A stretch of 54,200 nucleotides of DNA from the IMG/VR virus record IMGVR_UViG_3300036844_000041, positions 1 to 54,200 of that record, one strand, 5' to 3'. Below, in pieces: positions 29,694 through 37,141 of the stretch. Source of the stretch: a virus. Its lineage: Duplodnaviria; Caudoviricetes. Under the pieces are notes generated by a model. The model was not told the origin of the DNA, did not search any database, and saw only the letters and a list, made by a program, of their open reading frames with translations. A program made the translations under genes and the position numbers. How positions within the stretch are numbered: the stretch's first letter is position 1; the number at the start of each line of letters is the position of its first letter.

Positions 29694-30260
29694 ATGACCG
29701 CGCTTGTGGCGATGGTCGCGGTCCCAGGTGCGGGCAAATCCACCTGGGTCCGCGACCGGTTCGCGCTGCGGCAGATCGTCAACCTGGACGGGCTGCGCGG
29801 CTGGCTCGCCGACGACGAGGCAGATCAGGGCGCGACGGCGGAAGCGGTCGCCGTCCAGCGCATCCTGATCGGTGGGCGGTGCCGGCGCGGTCTGCTGACC
29901 GTGGCAGACTCGACCAATTTGACCGAGCGCGCGCGTACCGGCCTGCTCGCCCTCGCCCACGGCATGCCCACCGTCGCCGTCGTCTTGGATTTCCCGCTCG
30001 GCTTGTGCCTCGCGCGCAACGCCCAGCGGGAGCGACGGGTGCCGGTGGAGGTCATCCAGGAGATGCACCGCCGCTTGCTCGCGCTCGGCGCCGGGCCGGT
30101 TCCGGGATTCAGTCGCACGGTCCGGCTCACCCCGGAGGTTGCCGATGACGTGACCCTCGGCGAGGCCCTCGGCATCAGCCCGCAGGCGGTGCATGCCCGG
30201 GCCGGCCGCAGCGCCGGCCAGACGCCCGAGGTCGATATCCCCGCTCCCGGACATCCGTAG
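29694..30260 (+). CDS. Polynucleotide kinase-like P-loop protein (AAA_33)
   Basis: VPGAGKSTW, NLDGLR, TVADSTNL, CLARNAQRERRVP.EVI: the kinase module of Pnkp. Confidence 0.85.
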   Translation: MTALVAMVAVPGAGKSTWVRDRFALRQIVNLDGLRGWLADDEADQGATAEAVAVQRILIGGRCRRGLLTVADSTNLTERARTGLLALAHGMPTVAVVLDFPLGLCLARNAQRERRVPVEVIQEMHRRLLALGAGPVPGFSRTVRLTPEVADDVTLGEALGISPQAVHARAGRSAGQTPEVDIPAPGHP

Positions 30261-30269
30261 ACGCGACGA

Positions 30270-30304
30270 AGCGCCCCGCCCCTCCCGAAGGAGGAGCGGG
30301 GCGT
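30270..30304. terminator. Bidirectional terminator between convergent operons
   Basis: CGCCCCGC-CCCTCC-CGAA-GGAGGA-GCGGGGCG hairpin. Confidence 0.65.
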
Positions 30305-30306
30305 CA

Positions 30307-30891
30307 TCACTTGGGGGAACGTCGCTGACGTTGCGCCGCCGCTGCAGTGTTCGCCGCCCTGCATTGGGCGCATCGACAACCGTGGTAGCCATAGCCGGTT
30401 GCGGTTCCATGAGGGACCTTGGTCGGATCGAAGCTGGCACGCTTGCGCGCTCGGCGGTCGCGGGCATCGGACACCTTCGCCGCCCTGCATTTGTCACATC
30501 TGCAGCCGTAATATTGGTATCCCCTGACGGTGCCATGAGGCACCGTCGCAGGGTCGACGTTAGCCCACTTGCGCGCTCGGCGCGCGAGGGTATCGGCCAC
30601 GGCCGCCGTCCGGCACGCGTCGCACCGGCACGCGTCGTGCACATAGCGCGATGCCTTCCCGTGCTCGGGCTCGCCGCGCCGCGTCTCGCGGACAGGCTTG
30701 GATCCGGGCAGGGCGTCCATCACCACGTCGATGACGCTACGCCGCCACCGCATCGGTGACGTCGCGTCTGGGGGCGGGATGCGACCCTGACGCGCGTACG
30801 CCCGGACCGTCGGCGCCGCGAAGCCTTTCCCGCGAGCGCGGGCGCGGGCTGCGATCTGGACGACGGTGAGCAGCGGATCAGCGTCGGTCAC
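30307..30891 (-). CDS. HTH protein with three HG-x-Y-x-CRC-x2-C repeats
   Basis: N-terminal TVRAYARQGRIPPPD...RW; repeats HGKASRYVHDACRCDAC, HGTVRGYQYYGCRCDKC, HGTATGYGYHGCRCAQC. Confidence 0.75.
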   Translation of the reverse strand: MTDADPLLTVVQIAARARARGKGFAAPTVRAYARQGRIPPPDATSPMRWRRSVIDVVMDALPGSKPVRETRRGEPEHGKASRYVHDACRCDACRTAAVADTLARRARKWANVDPATVPHGTVRGYQYYGCRCDKCRAAKVSDARDRRARKRASFDPTKVPHGTATGYGYHGCRCAQCRAANTAAAAQRQRRSPK

Positions 30892-31334
30892 GTGCCGGCC
30901 CCGCGCTGCGCGAGGCGGACCAGCCGGGCGAGGACCGACCGCCGCGAGCATGACCCATCCGTGGTCTGCTCGATCGACCGCCGGGCGACGAGTTGCGCGA
31001 CCGTGCCAACGGAGACACCGAGGACCGCGGCTGCCTCGGCGCGGGACCAGCCGTCCTCGGGAAGCATCCCGGCGGCGGGGGCGATGAGCAGGCCGAGCGG
31101 GGTGCGCCACCATGACGGATCCGGGTCGCCGTCCGGCCAGAGCAGGGCCATCAGGTCGGCGGCGGTGGCGTCGGGCTGGCCCCCGTCACGCAGCTGCGCG
31201 ACGAGCCAGCCGGCGCGCTCGTGCGCTCGTGCGGTCAGAGCGAGGTGGAGGTCCGTGCCGAGGACCGCGCCGACCCGGGTAGCGACGGCGCCGAGCTCGT
31301 CGTCAAGTTGGGCGATGGCCGGATCGAGGCTCAC
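30888..31334 (-). CDS. HTH-containing protein
   Basis: WWRTPLG...WSRAEAAAVLGVSVGTVAQL. Confidence 0.65.
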   Translation of the reverse strand: MSLDPAIAQLDDELGAVATRVGAVLGTDLHLALTARAHERAGWLVAQLRDGGQPDATAADLMALLWPDGDPDPSWWRTPLGLLIAPAAGMLPEDGWSRAEAAAVLGVSVGTVAQLVARRSIEQTTDGSCSRRSVLARLVRLAQRGAGT

Positions 31335-31618
31335 GGGGTGCCCGGGGTCGGCGCGTCGGGACCGGTCAGGGCGTCGATGGCCATGGCCAACCGGTCGGCG
31401 TTGGCCGGGTTGTGACCGGTCGAACCGGCGAACGTGGTGAGGCACTCCCACCACTCGCCGTCGAACCCGACGATGCCGCCGTCGTCGTCGTCGAAGTCCG
31501 CACCAGTCCGCCACGTCGCGATGGCGTGGGCTTCGGCTGCGGCCGGATCGGCGGCCTTGAACGCCTCGGAGACGAAGCCGCAAGCCTCGAAGTAGTGGTA
31601 GGTGCCCGTTGTGCTCAT
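31331..31618 (-). CDS. Hypothetical protein (leaderless)
   Basis: ATG 6 nt after the -10 box. Confidence 0.55.
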   Translation of the reverse strand: MSTTGTYHYFEACGFVSEAFKAADPAAAEAHAIATWRTGADFDDDDGGIVGFDGEWWECLTTFAGSTGHNPANADRLAMAIDALTGPDAPTPGTP

Positions 31619-31624
31619 GTCATC

Positions 31625-31674
31625 ATGGTACCGCTGACACATGGCCCGTGTCAACAGACTCTTGTTGACACGGG
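31625..31674 (-). promoter_or_regulatory. Promoter with 12-bp inverted-repeat operator over -35
   Basis: TTGACA-18-TACCAT on the minus strand; CCCGTGTCAACA-GACTCT-TGTTGACACGGG. Confidence 0.7.
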
Positions 31675-31699
31675 GCTGCATCTCCTGGGCACAAAGGAT

Positions 31700-31738
31700 C
31701 GCCCTCACCCGCCGGCCGAAGCCTAGCGAGTGAGGGCG
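31700..31738 (-). terminator. Terminator after lysis cassette/tRNA
   Basis: CGCCCTCAC ... GTGAGGGCG stem. Confidence 0.55.
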
Positions 31739-31766
31739 TCTATCAACTGTTGATCAACATGGGATG

Positions 31767-31840
31767 TGGCGCGAGCGGGACTTGAACCCGCGACCTCTGG
31801 GTTATGAGCCCAGCGAGCTACCAACCTGCTCCACCGCGCT
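31767..31840 (-). tRNA. tRNA-fMet (CAT), CCA not encoded
   Basis: Full cloverleaf; anticodon arm CTGGG-CTCATAA-CCCAG with 3 G-C pairs; A1:C72 mismatch; A11:U24. These are initiator determinants. Confidence 0.95.
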
Positions 31841-31908
31841 GCGACACTCCCACCATACCCGCGCGGTGCGCATGTTCAGCCGTCTCCCAGGGGGAACCTC
31901 CCCGGCGG

Positions 31909-32106
31909 TCAGTGCTCGCGGAGGTACCGTACCGACTCGTCCTCGGTCGGCGCATTGCGCACGAGAAGTACCACCACCGCAGTGACGGCGGCAGCCGCCA
32001 TGCCGACCCATTCGTTGTTGGTGACCTGGCCGTCGGCGGCCGCTGTGGTGGCGACGGTGGCTGCGGCGCCGAGGGCCGCGGCGATGAACTTGGCGTAACG
32101 CTTCAC
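31909..32106 (-). CDS. Holin
   Basis: 65 aa, two TM helices (YAKFIAAALGA...DGQVTNNEW...), downstream of the lysin. Confidence 0.75.
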   Translation of the reverse strand: MKRYAKFIAAALGAAATVATTAAADGQVTNNEWVGMAAAAVTAVVVLLVRNAPTEDESVRYLREH

Positions 32107-32229
32107 GGTGCTCCTCCTTCGGAGCTTCGAGGGGGTAGAGGGCGACGTGCTCCTTCTTGGTGAGGGGGTCCCCCCGACCCGCGGTGCTCACCCCTCCGCA
32201 AGCACGCGAGCCGGGGGGTGCATGGGGGG

Positions 32230-32547
32230 TTAAGGGGTGGTGTGCGGGGAGCGGACGTGCTCCTCCAGCCTCCCGTCGAGGCTGGCAAGACGCGCCTCCA
32301 CCCGGCTGACCGCATCCCGCAAGGATTTCCCGCCGTTGGGGGTGACCTCCTGCTCAATGGCTTTGAGTCGGGCGAGGACACCGGGCCGCTCGTCGACGCC
32401 TTGCCGGGCCGGTTCGCCGGCCCAGTCATCGAGAAATTCGGAGATCCGGCGGGCGTGGCGGTTGATCCAGCGCAGCGCGGTGACGATCGCGGCGATCGCG
32501 CCGCCGAAGAGGACGATCGCGCCGGCCCATTCGAGGACGCTGTCCAC
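32230..32547 (-). CDS. Membrane protein of the lysis cassette
   Basis: N-terminal TM helix; FLDDW.GEP...PGV..RL ... PNGGKSLRDAV.RVE motif. Confidence 0.75.
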   Translation of the reverse strand: MDSVLEWAGAIVLFGGAIAAIVTALRWINRHARRISEFLDDWAGEPARQGVDERPGVLARLKAIEQEVTPNGGKSLRDAVSRVEARLASLDGRLEEHVRSPHTTP

Positions 32548-33435
32548 TTAGGAATCCGGGTTGAGCCGGGTGCCCCGGAGCGCGGCGAGCATCTCGTCCC
32601 GGGTGACCCGTTCGAGATCTTCGAGGGTGGGGATGGTGTCGCCGAGCTTCTCGACGACGGCCACGGCGAGGGCGTCGACGAATCCGGCGTGGCCGGCGAG
32701 GGCTGAGGCCAGGGCATCCACGTCCACTGCTGGCTGCGCGAGCTGCTCGACAGCGGTCTTGATCTGCTCGAGCAGGACGTGAGACTGGTCGGTCTCCGCG
32801 TCTTCGGCAGCGAGCCGCTCAAGCAGCGTCCACGTGTTACCGAGAGTTGCGTGTACGCGGTCACCCCAGTAGGGGGTTAAGTCGACGCCCATGTCTGGCC
32901 TCCATTGCAGCAGGGTCTGGACGTGCGCCCGGAACTTGGGCATGTCGAAGGTCGGGTCTGTCTTGTGGCCTGGGGTGTGCTCCTTGTGGCCGCGGAGTCG
33001 GTCCGGGGTCCAGTCGAGCTGCCGGCAGATCGCGGCCCAACCGCGGGCGTACGCCTCGTACTGGCCGGCCGGCCACGCCTCAGCGAGGTTGTCGTTGCAT
33101 GCCTCCACGCCGAGGGCGTAGGCGTTGCCCTTGCCAGCGTACGGGCCGGCGGTGCCGGCGAGGGTGGTGTTGCAGCGGCCGGCGGCGAGGACATGCCACG
33201 TGCCGTCCCGGGTGACGCAGGCGTTGGCGATCGGCCCACGTAGGTCTGACCGTCCATCCCGGACGATCGCGACCTGAGTCGCGTCGGCCTGGCCGCGCGG
33301 GGCCGCGGTGGCGTGAACAATCCCGAACTGTGGCGTCCAGTCACCGGGCCGTTCCCGGGTCTGCCAGCCGGAATGCTCCACAACGGACAGTCCGGCCGAG
33401 CGGAGGACGTTGGCGAGCCAGGTGATCCGTGCCAT
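32548..33435 (-). CDS. Endolysin, N-acetylmuramoyl-L-alanine amidase (Amidase_2)
   Basis: WLANVLRSAGL.V.E..GW..R, IVHATA, LGVEA, GHKEH...KTDP. Confidence 0.9.
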   Translation of the reverse strand: MARITWLANVLRSAGLSVVEHSGWQTRERPGDWTPQFGIVHATAAPRGQADATQVAIVRDGRSDLRGPIANACVTRDGTWHVLAAGRCNTTLAGTAGPYAGKGNAYALGVEACNDNLAEAWPAGQYEAYARGWAAICRQLDWTPDRLRGHKEHTPGHKTDPTFDMPKFRAHVQTLLQWRPDMGVDLTPYWGDRVHATLGNTWTLLERLAAEDAETDQSHVLLEQIKTAVEQLAQPAVDVDALASALAGHAGFVDALAVAVVEKLGDTIPTLEDLERVTRDEMLAALRGTRLNPDS

Positions 33436-33950
33436 CAGTAGCTCACCACCTGCTGCACCCGTAGCCACGACCGGGCGTAGACCGTGGTGGCCGTGCCGGA
33501 CGAGGCCCGTTGCGCCCACTGCAGTTGCAGGGTTCCGGCGTTGGCGCCGACGGACAGGACCCCGCCATAACTGGCGGTGAATGGCAGCGAGCCATTCCCA
33601 CCAAAGTCCGTTGTGGACGATGGCGAGCTGGCGTCCGCGACGATCGCAAGCCATTCCGTCCCGGACGCGGCGCCGGTGTAATCGCGGATCGCGCCGATCC
33701 CACCCCATGTCAGGGTGGCTCCTGACGGGTAGGTCCAGCCGACGGTGATGTCCCCAGCCTGCGCGGCCAGGTAGTACAGCATCCCGTCGATCAGGTAGTC
33801 GGTGTTCGCCGCTACCGGCATCAGCAAATCGTCGTCGTCCTGCAGCGTCGTGCTGCTCGTGACGCTTTCGTCCGCGGACTTCACCTTGATCCGGGGGACA
33901 ATCGCCTCAAGTTGGGCTGCGGGAATCGGACCGGTCGCGAAGTAGCTCAT
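33435..33950 (-). CDS. Minor tail protein
   Basis: KSADESVTSSTTLQDDDDL...GTLQLQWAQ..S..TATTV; position after the tail gene. Confidence 0.7.
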   Translation of the reverse strand: MSYFATGPIPAAQLEAIVPRIKVKSADESVTSSTTLQDDDDLLMPVAANTDYLIDGMLYYLAAQAGDITVGWTYPSGATLTWGGIGAIRDYTGAASGTEWLAIVADASSPSSTTDFGGNGSLPFTASYGGVLSVGANAGTLQLQWAQRASSGTATTVYARSWLRVQQVVSY

Positions 33951-33960
33951 GCCGACCCCC

Positions 33961-36699
33961 TCACAATGCCAGGGCTCTCGGGCGCCACAGCTTCACTTGC
34001 GCATCAGCGGCGTGGGCTTTCGTAACCCCGTTGACCGAGCGGGTCACGGTGGCGGTCTGGTTGCCGCCGGACACCGCACCCATCGCGGTGACGGTGATCC
34101 GCTCGCCGCCGACGTCGATGTCGTACGGCTCGTCGGTGGTGTTCCAGGCGGGCTCGGTCTGGTCGGTACGTCCAATTTGGATGGACGTCGCGGACTCGTC
34201 GATCCCGGCGACGAGATATGAGCTGGTCGAGTCGGCGTCGATACCGTCCTCCACGGAGTTGACCAGGTACGGCCGGGCCGGTGATGTGTTGAGGCTGACC
34301 GTCCACGTGTGACTGCCGAGGACCTCGGCGTAGCCCTGGAGGATCAGGTCGATCTGGTCCGGTGCCATCCCCGGTGGCGGGTTGTCGATGGTGAGCCGGT
34401 TCCCGATTTCCATCGCCAGCCAGTCCGCGAGGAGGTCGCTGTTGCGGTGGAAGTCGATGGTGAGGTTCGGGATCCGCAGCTCGTCCTGGGTGCCCATCCA
34501 TACCCGCCACGACGCGTGCCACTCCGGCCGCTCTGCGGAGTTGAGGGACAGGGTGACGGTCTCTGCCCAGACGGCGCCGCCGTGCGCGTCGATGTGGTCC
34601 TGGTCGGCGTACACGCCGCGCGAGCCGTCGGTGACTTGGACCTCGACGAGGTTGCGGATCTGCTGGTCGTCGTCGGCGGGGTTGAAGCCGTCGGCCTTGA
34701 TGTGCCCGGCGTCGAAGTCGAGTTCGAGGGCCGGGGTCTGGTTGTACATGCCGGCCCTGGTTTGCAGGGTGATGGACCCGGTCCGTCCATCGTGGAGGAT
34801 TCCGCCGGACTCGGCCGCTTCTGCCTCGCGGAGTGCGGCGATGGCGGTGCCGGTGGTCCGCGGCCCCATCCTGGTCGTGGTGCTGCCGGACGATCCGACG
34901 GACACGTCATACTCGTCGGAGATCCGTCCGAGCCTGGCGGTCGTCAGGTCCCCGGCATCCCCGGCCGCCAGCGCGAACAAATCGACCGACGTGGACGCGT
35001 CATCGAACAGGGTGACGAGGCCGACGGTCGCACCTTCGACCAGGGTCGAGTACCACCCGAACACACTTGGGTTGCCCACAGTGGACGAAGCCTCGGTGCC
35101 GGATTCTCCAACGCTGGACAGCGATCCGGTATCACTGTACGGGGTGACGGTGAGGTCCCAGTCCAAATCGGACCCGTTCGTGACCGCGGACGCCTGGATG
35201 ACGAGCTGCGTGCCGTACCAGTCGGGGGTTTCGATATCGATCCCGGTCGCGCCCAGGTCCTCCGCGTACGTCGTCCCGTTGTAGGCCTTGAGAACGATCC
35301 GGTCCGGTGAACCTGGGATCACGTCCACAGTCCACAGAAACTGGGTGCCACTGGTGTACCAACGCAGCAGATTCGACGCCACGCCGGGCGCTGCCGGCAC
35401 CCGGGCGACGAACACCACCAACCATTCCCCTGTGGACGGATACGGCACCACAGGGGCGGCCATGCTCGCCGTGCTCGTGAGGACCGGCAGCGGGTCCGAC
35501 CCTTTGATGCCCGAATCGGACGCCAGGGTCAGCCCGGTGAATTGGGCGCTGAGTCCGCCGACGATCCCGGACGCGAGGCTCGGCGCTCCGGACCGGTCCT
35601 CCATCGGCCAGAACGCCTTTGGGGACAGGGCACGTAGCGACGCGTAGGCGGCAGACCGTGACGCGCCGCCCTGGCCGAGTCGGCGCAGCAGGCCGGATGC
35701 GGTGATGTCCGCCCACTGGTGGGTGAGCGTCGGATCCCATCGGGGCGGAAGTTCATCGATGAACCCGGTGAACCGGATGACCGGGCCGTCGATGACACTG
35801 AAATCATCGGTGTCGATAGTGACGTTGGTGTTGGTGTTTCCGGTAGCGCGGAGCGTGCGGATGCCGACGCTCCCCGCAGCCGCGACCATCAGTGCTTGCG
35901 CATGCCACGTTGTCGGCTCGTCATCGGCGTCCCCCCACACCTTGATTCGCGCCACCACACCGCCGGCGGTAAACCCTTTCCGGACTTCGAGCCGCGCCCG
36001 GAGCCAGGTGTTCGCGGCGTGCGTCAGCGTGGTGGTGCCAGTGTCCGCAGTGGAGTCTGATGCGGACGCGCGTTCCACAAGCGCAACCGTGATGGTCTGA
36101 TCCGTGTTGAGCCGAACCTCGCCGCGGATGTTGTTGTCAGCGTCCACATAGGCCGCGACCGCGCTTGTGGTGAGCATGGCCCCGGCCGCGACCGCGGAGG
36201 TCTGGAACCGCCACGTGATGTCACAGGCGAGCAGCCCGGAGCTGAGCACAGTGTGCCGGGCGACGTTGGTGGAGGTGAGGGTGTGCCGGCCCACCGAGCC
36301 GGTCACAGAGTAGTCCGACGCCGCCCCACCCGACGTGGTCCACGCCTCGCCGGAGTCCGCAGTCCCCCAACCATCGGAGACTGACCTGGTGTAGGTATCG
36401 ACGATGTTGAGGTCGTTGCCGCGGGCCGCGATCCGTAGCGGCGTCTGCGTCGACAGCAGCCCGTACCACCGACCGAGCGGGTTGGTGCGGCAGAAGTCGC
36501 CGTCGGCGTTGTCGACCTGCAGCCTGCACGTCTGCGGCGGGGCGGTCGCGTGCTCGTCGGGACGGCCGCGGCCGATCTGCACGCCCACGCTCTCGCGCAC
36601 GCGATGGCTGATGTCCTCGAAGTTCCAGCTCGACGAGCCGAGGGACAGATCCGCGCCGGGGGCGATCTCGATATCGACATAGTCGGAGCGGAGAGCCAC
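33961..36699 (-). CDS. Large minor tail/baseplate protein (912 aa)
   Basis: I.RGR.DE...VDNADG.F...NPLG.WYG N-terminus; TVTRSVNGVTKAH.A...V C-terminus; follows the TMP. Confidence 0.85.
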   Translation of the reverse strand: MALRSDYVDIEIAPGADLSLGSSSWNFEDISHRVRESVGVQIGRGRPDEHATAPPQTCRLQVDNADGDFCRTNPLGRWYGLLSTQTPLRIAARGNDLNIVDTYTRSVSDGWGTADSGEAWTTSGGAASDYSVTGSVGRHTLTSTNVARHTVLSSGLLACDITWRFQTSAVAAGAMLTTSAVAAYVDADNNIRGEVRLNTDQTITVALVERASASDSTADTGTTTLTHAANTWLRARLEVRKGFTAGGVVARIKVWGDADDEPTTWHAQALMVAAAGSVGIRTLRATGNTNTNVTIDTDDFSVIDGPVIRFTGFIDELPPRWDPTLTHQWADITASGLLRRLGQGGASRSAAYASLRALSPKAFWPMEDRSGAPSLASGIVGGLSAQFTGLTLASDSGIKGSDPLPVLTSTASMAAPVVPYPSTGEWLVVFVARVPAAPGVASNLLRWYTSGTQFLWTVDVIPGSPDRIVLKAYNGTTYAEDLGATGIDIETPDWYGTQLVIQASAVTNGSDLDWDLTVTPYSDTGSLSSVGESGTEASSTVGNPSVFGWYSTLVEGATVGLVTLFDDASTSVDLFALAAGDAGDLTTARLGRISDEYDVSVGSSGSTTTRMGPRTTGTAIAALREAEAAESGGILHDGRTGSITLQTRAGMYNQTPALELDFDAGHIKADGFNPADDDQQIRNLVEVQVTDGSRGVYADQDHIDAHGGAVWAETVTLSLNSAERPEWHASWRVWMGTQDELRIPNLTIDFHRNSDLLADWLAMEIGNRLTIDNPPPGMAPDQIDLILQGYAEVLGSHTWTVSLNTSPARPYLVNSVEDGIDADSTSSYLVAGIDESATSIQIGRTDQTEPAWNTTDEPYDIDVGGERITVTAMGAVSGGNQTATVTRSVNGVTKAHAADAQVKLWRPRALAL

Positions 36700-36783
36700 G
36701 CTGACCTCCCTTGCCAGAAAGGATCAGCGGTGATGGATGATCAGCGGAGGGTGAGGGTTGCGTGACGGCGTCATACTGCGGGC

Positions 36784-37140
36784 GTGACCCCTCAGACCCC
36801 GTTCACGCTCGATCAGCTCACCCAGCCCAGCGCTCGCCCGCGGCGCTGGCCGGTCCGGTGGATCGTCGCAGGCGCCGCTGCGGTCGCGCTGGCGTCCGGC
36901 GGTGCCGCCGCCTACGTGATGAGCCGCCCCGACCTTCCGGTGAAGGACGGCATCCGCGCACCGCACGCTGATTGCACCAGCGATGTGCAGAGCCTCGACC
37001 ATCCGTGGATCCGCTCCGGCTGGTGGGCCGGCTACATGGACGACCAGCCAACCGAGATGGTCGCCTCGGACGCCGCGGCGTTGAACGCCACGCACAAGAT
37101 GTACGGGGTGTGGCTGTGCCCGCCGAAGTCCGAGTGGTGA
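36784..37140 (+). CDS. Membrane-anchored/secreted protein on the opposite strand within the tail operon
   Basis: RRWPVRW followed by a hydrophobic helix; antisense to the flanking tail genes. Confidence 0.6.
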   Translation: MTPQTPFTLDQLTQPSARPRRWPVRWIVAGAAAVALASGGAAAYVMSRPDLPVKDGIRAPHADCTSDVQSLDHPWIRSGWWAGYMDDQPTEMVASDAAALNATHKMYGVWLCPPKSEW

Positions 37141-37141
37141 C

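Noticed and set aside
31767-31840. tRNA-fMet as a host attachment site or prophage boundary
   Set aside because: Phage genes lie on both sides, no duplicated tRNA 3' fragment was seen, and it is far from the integrase.
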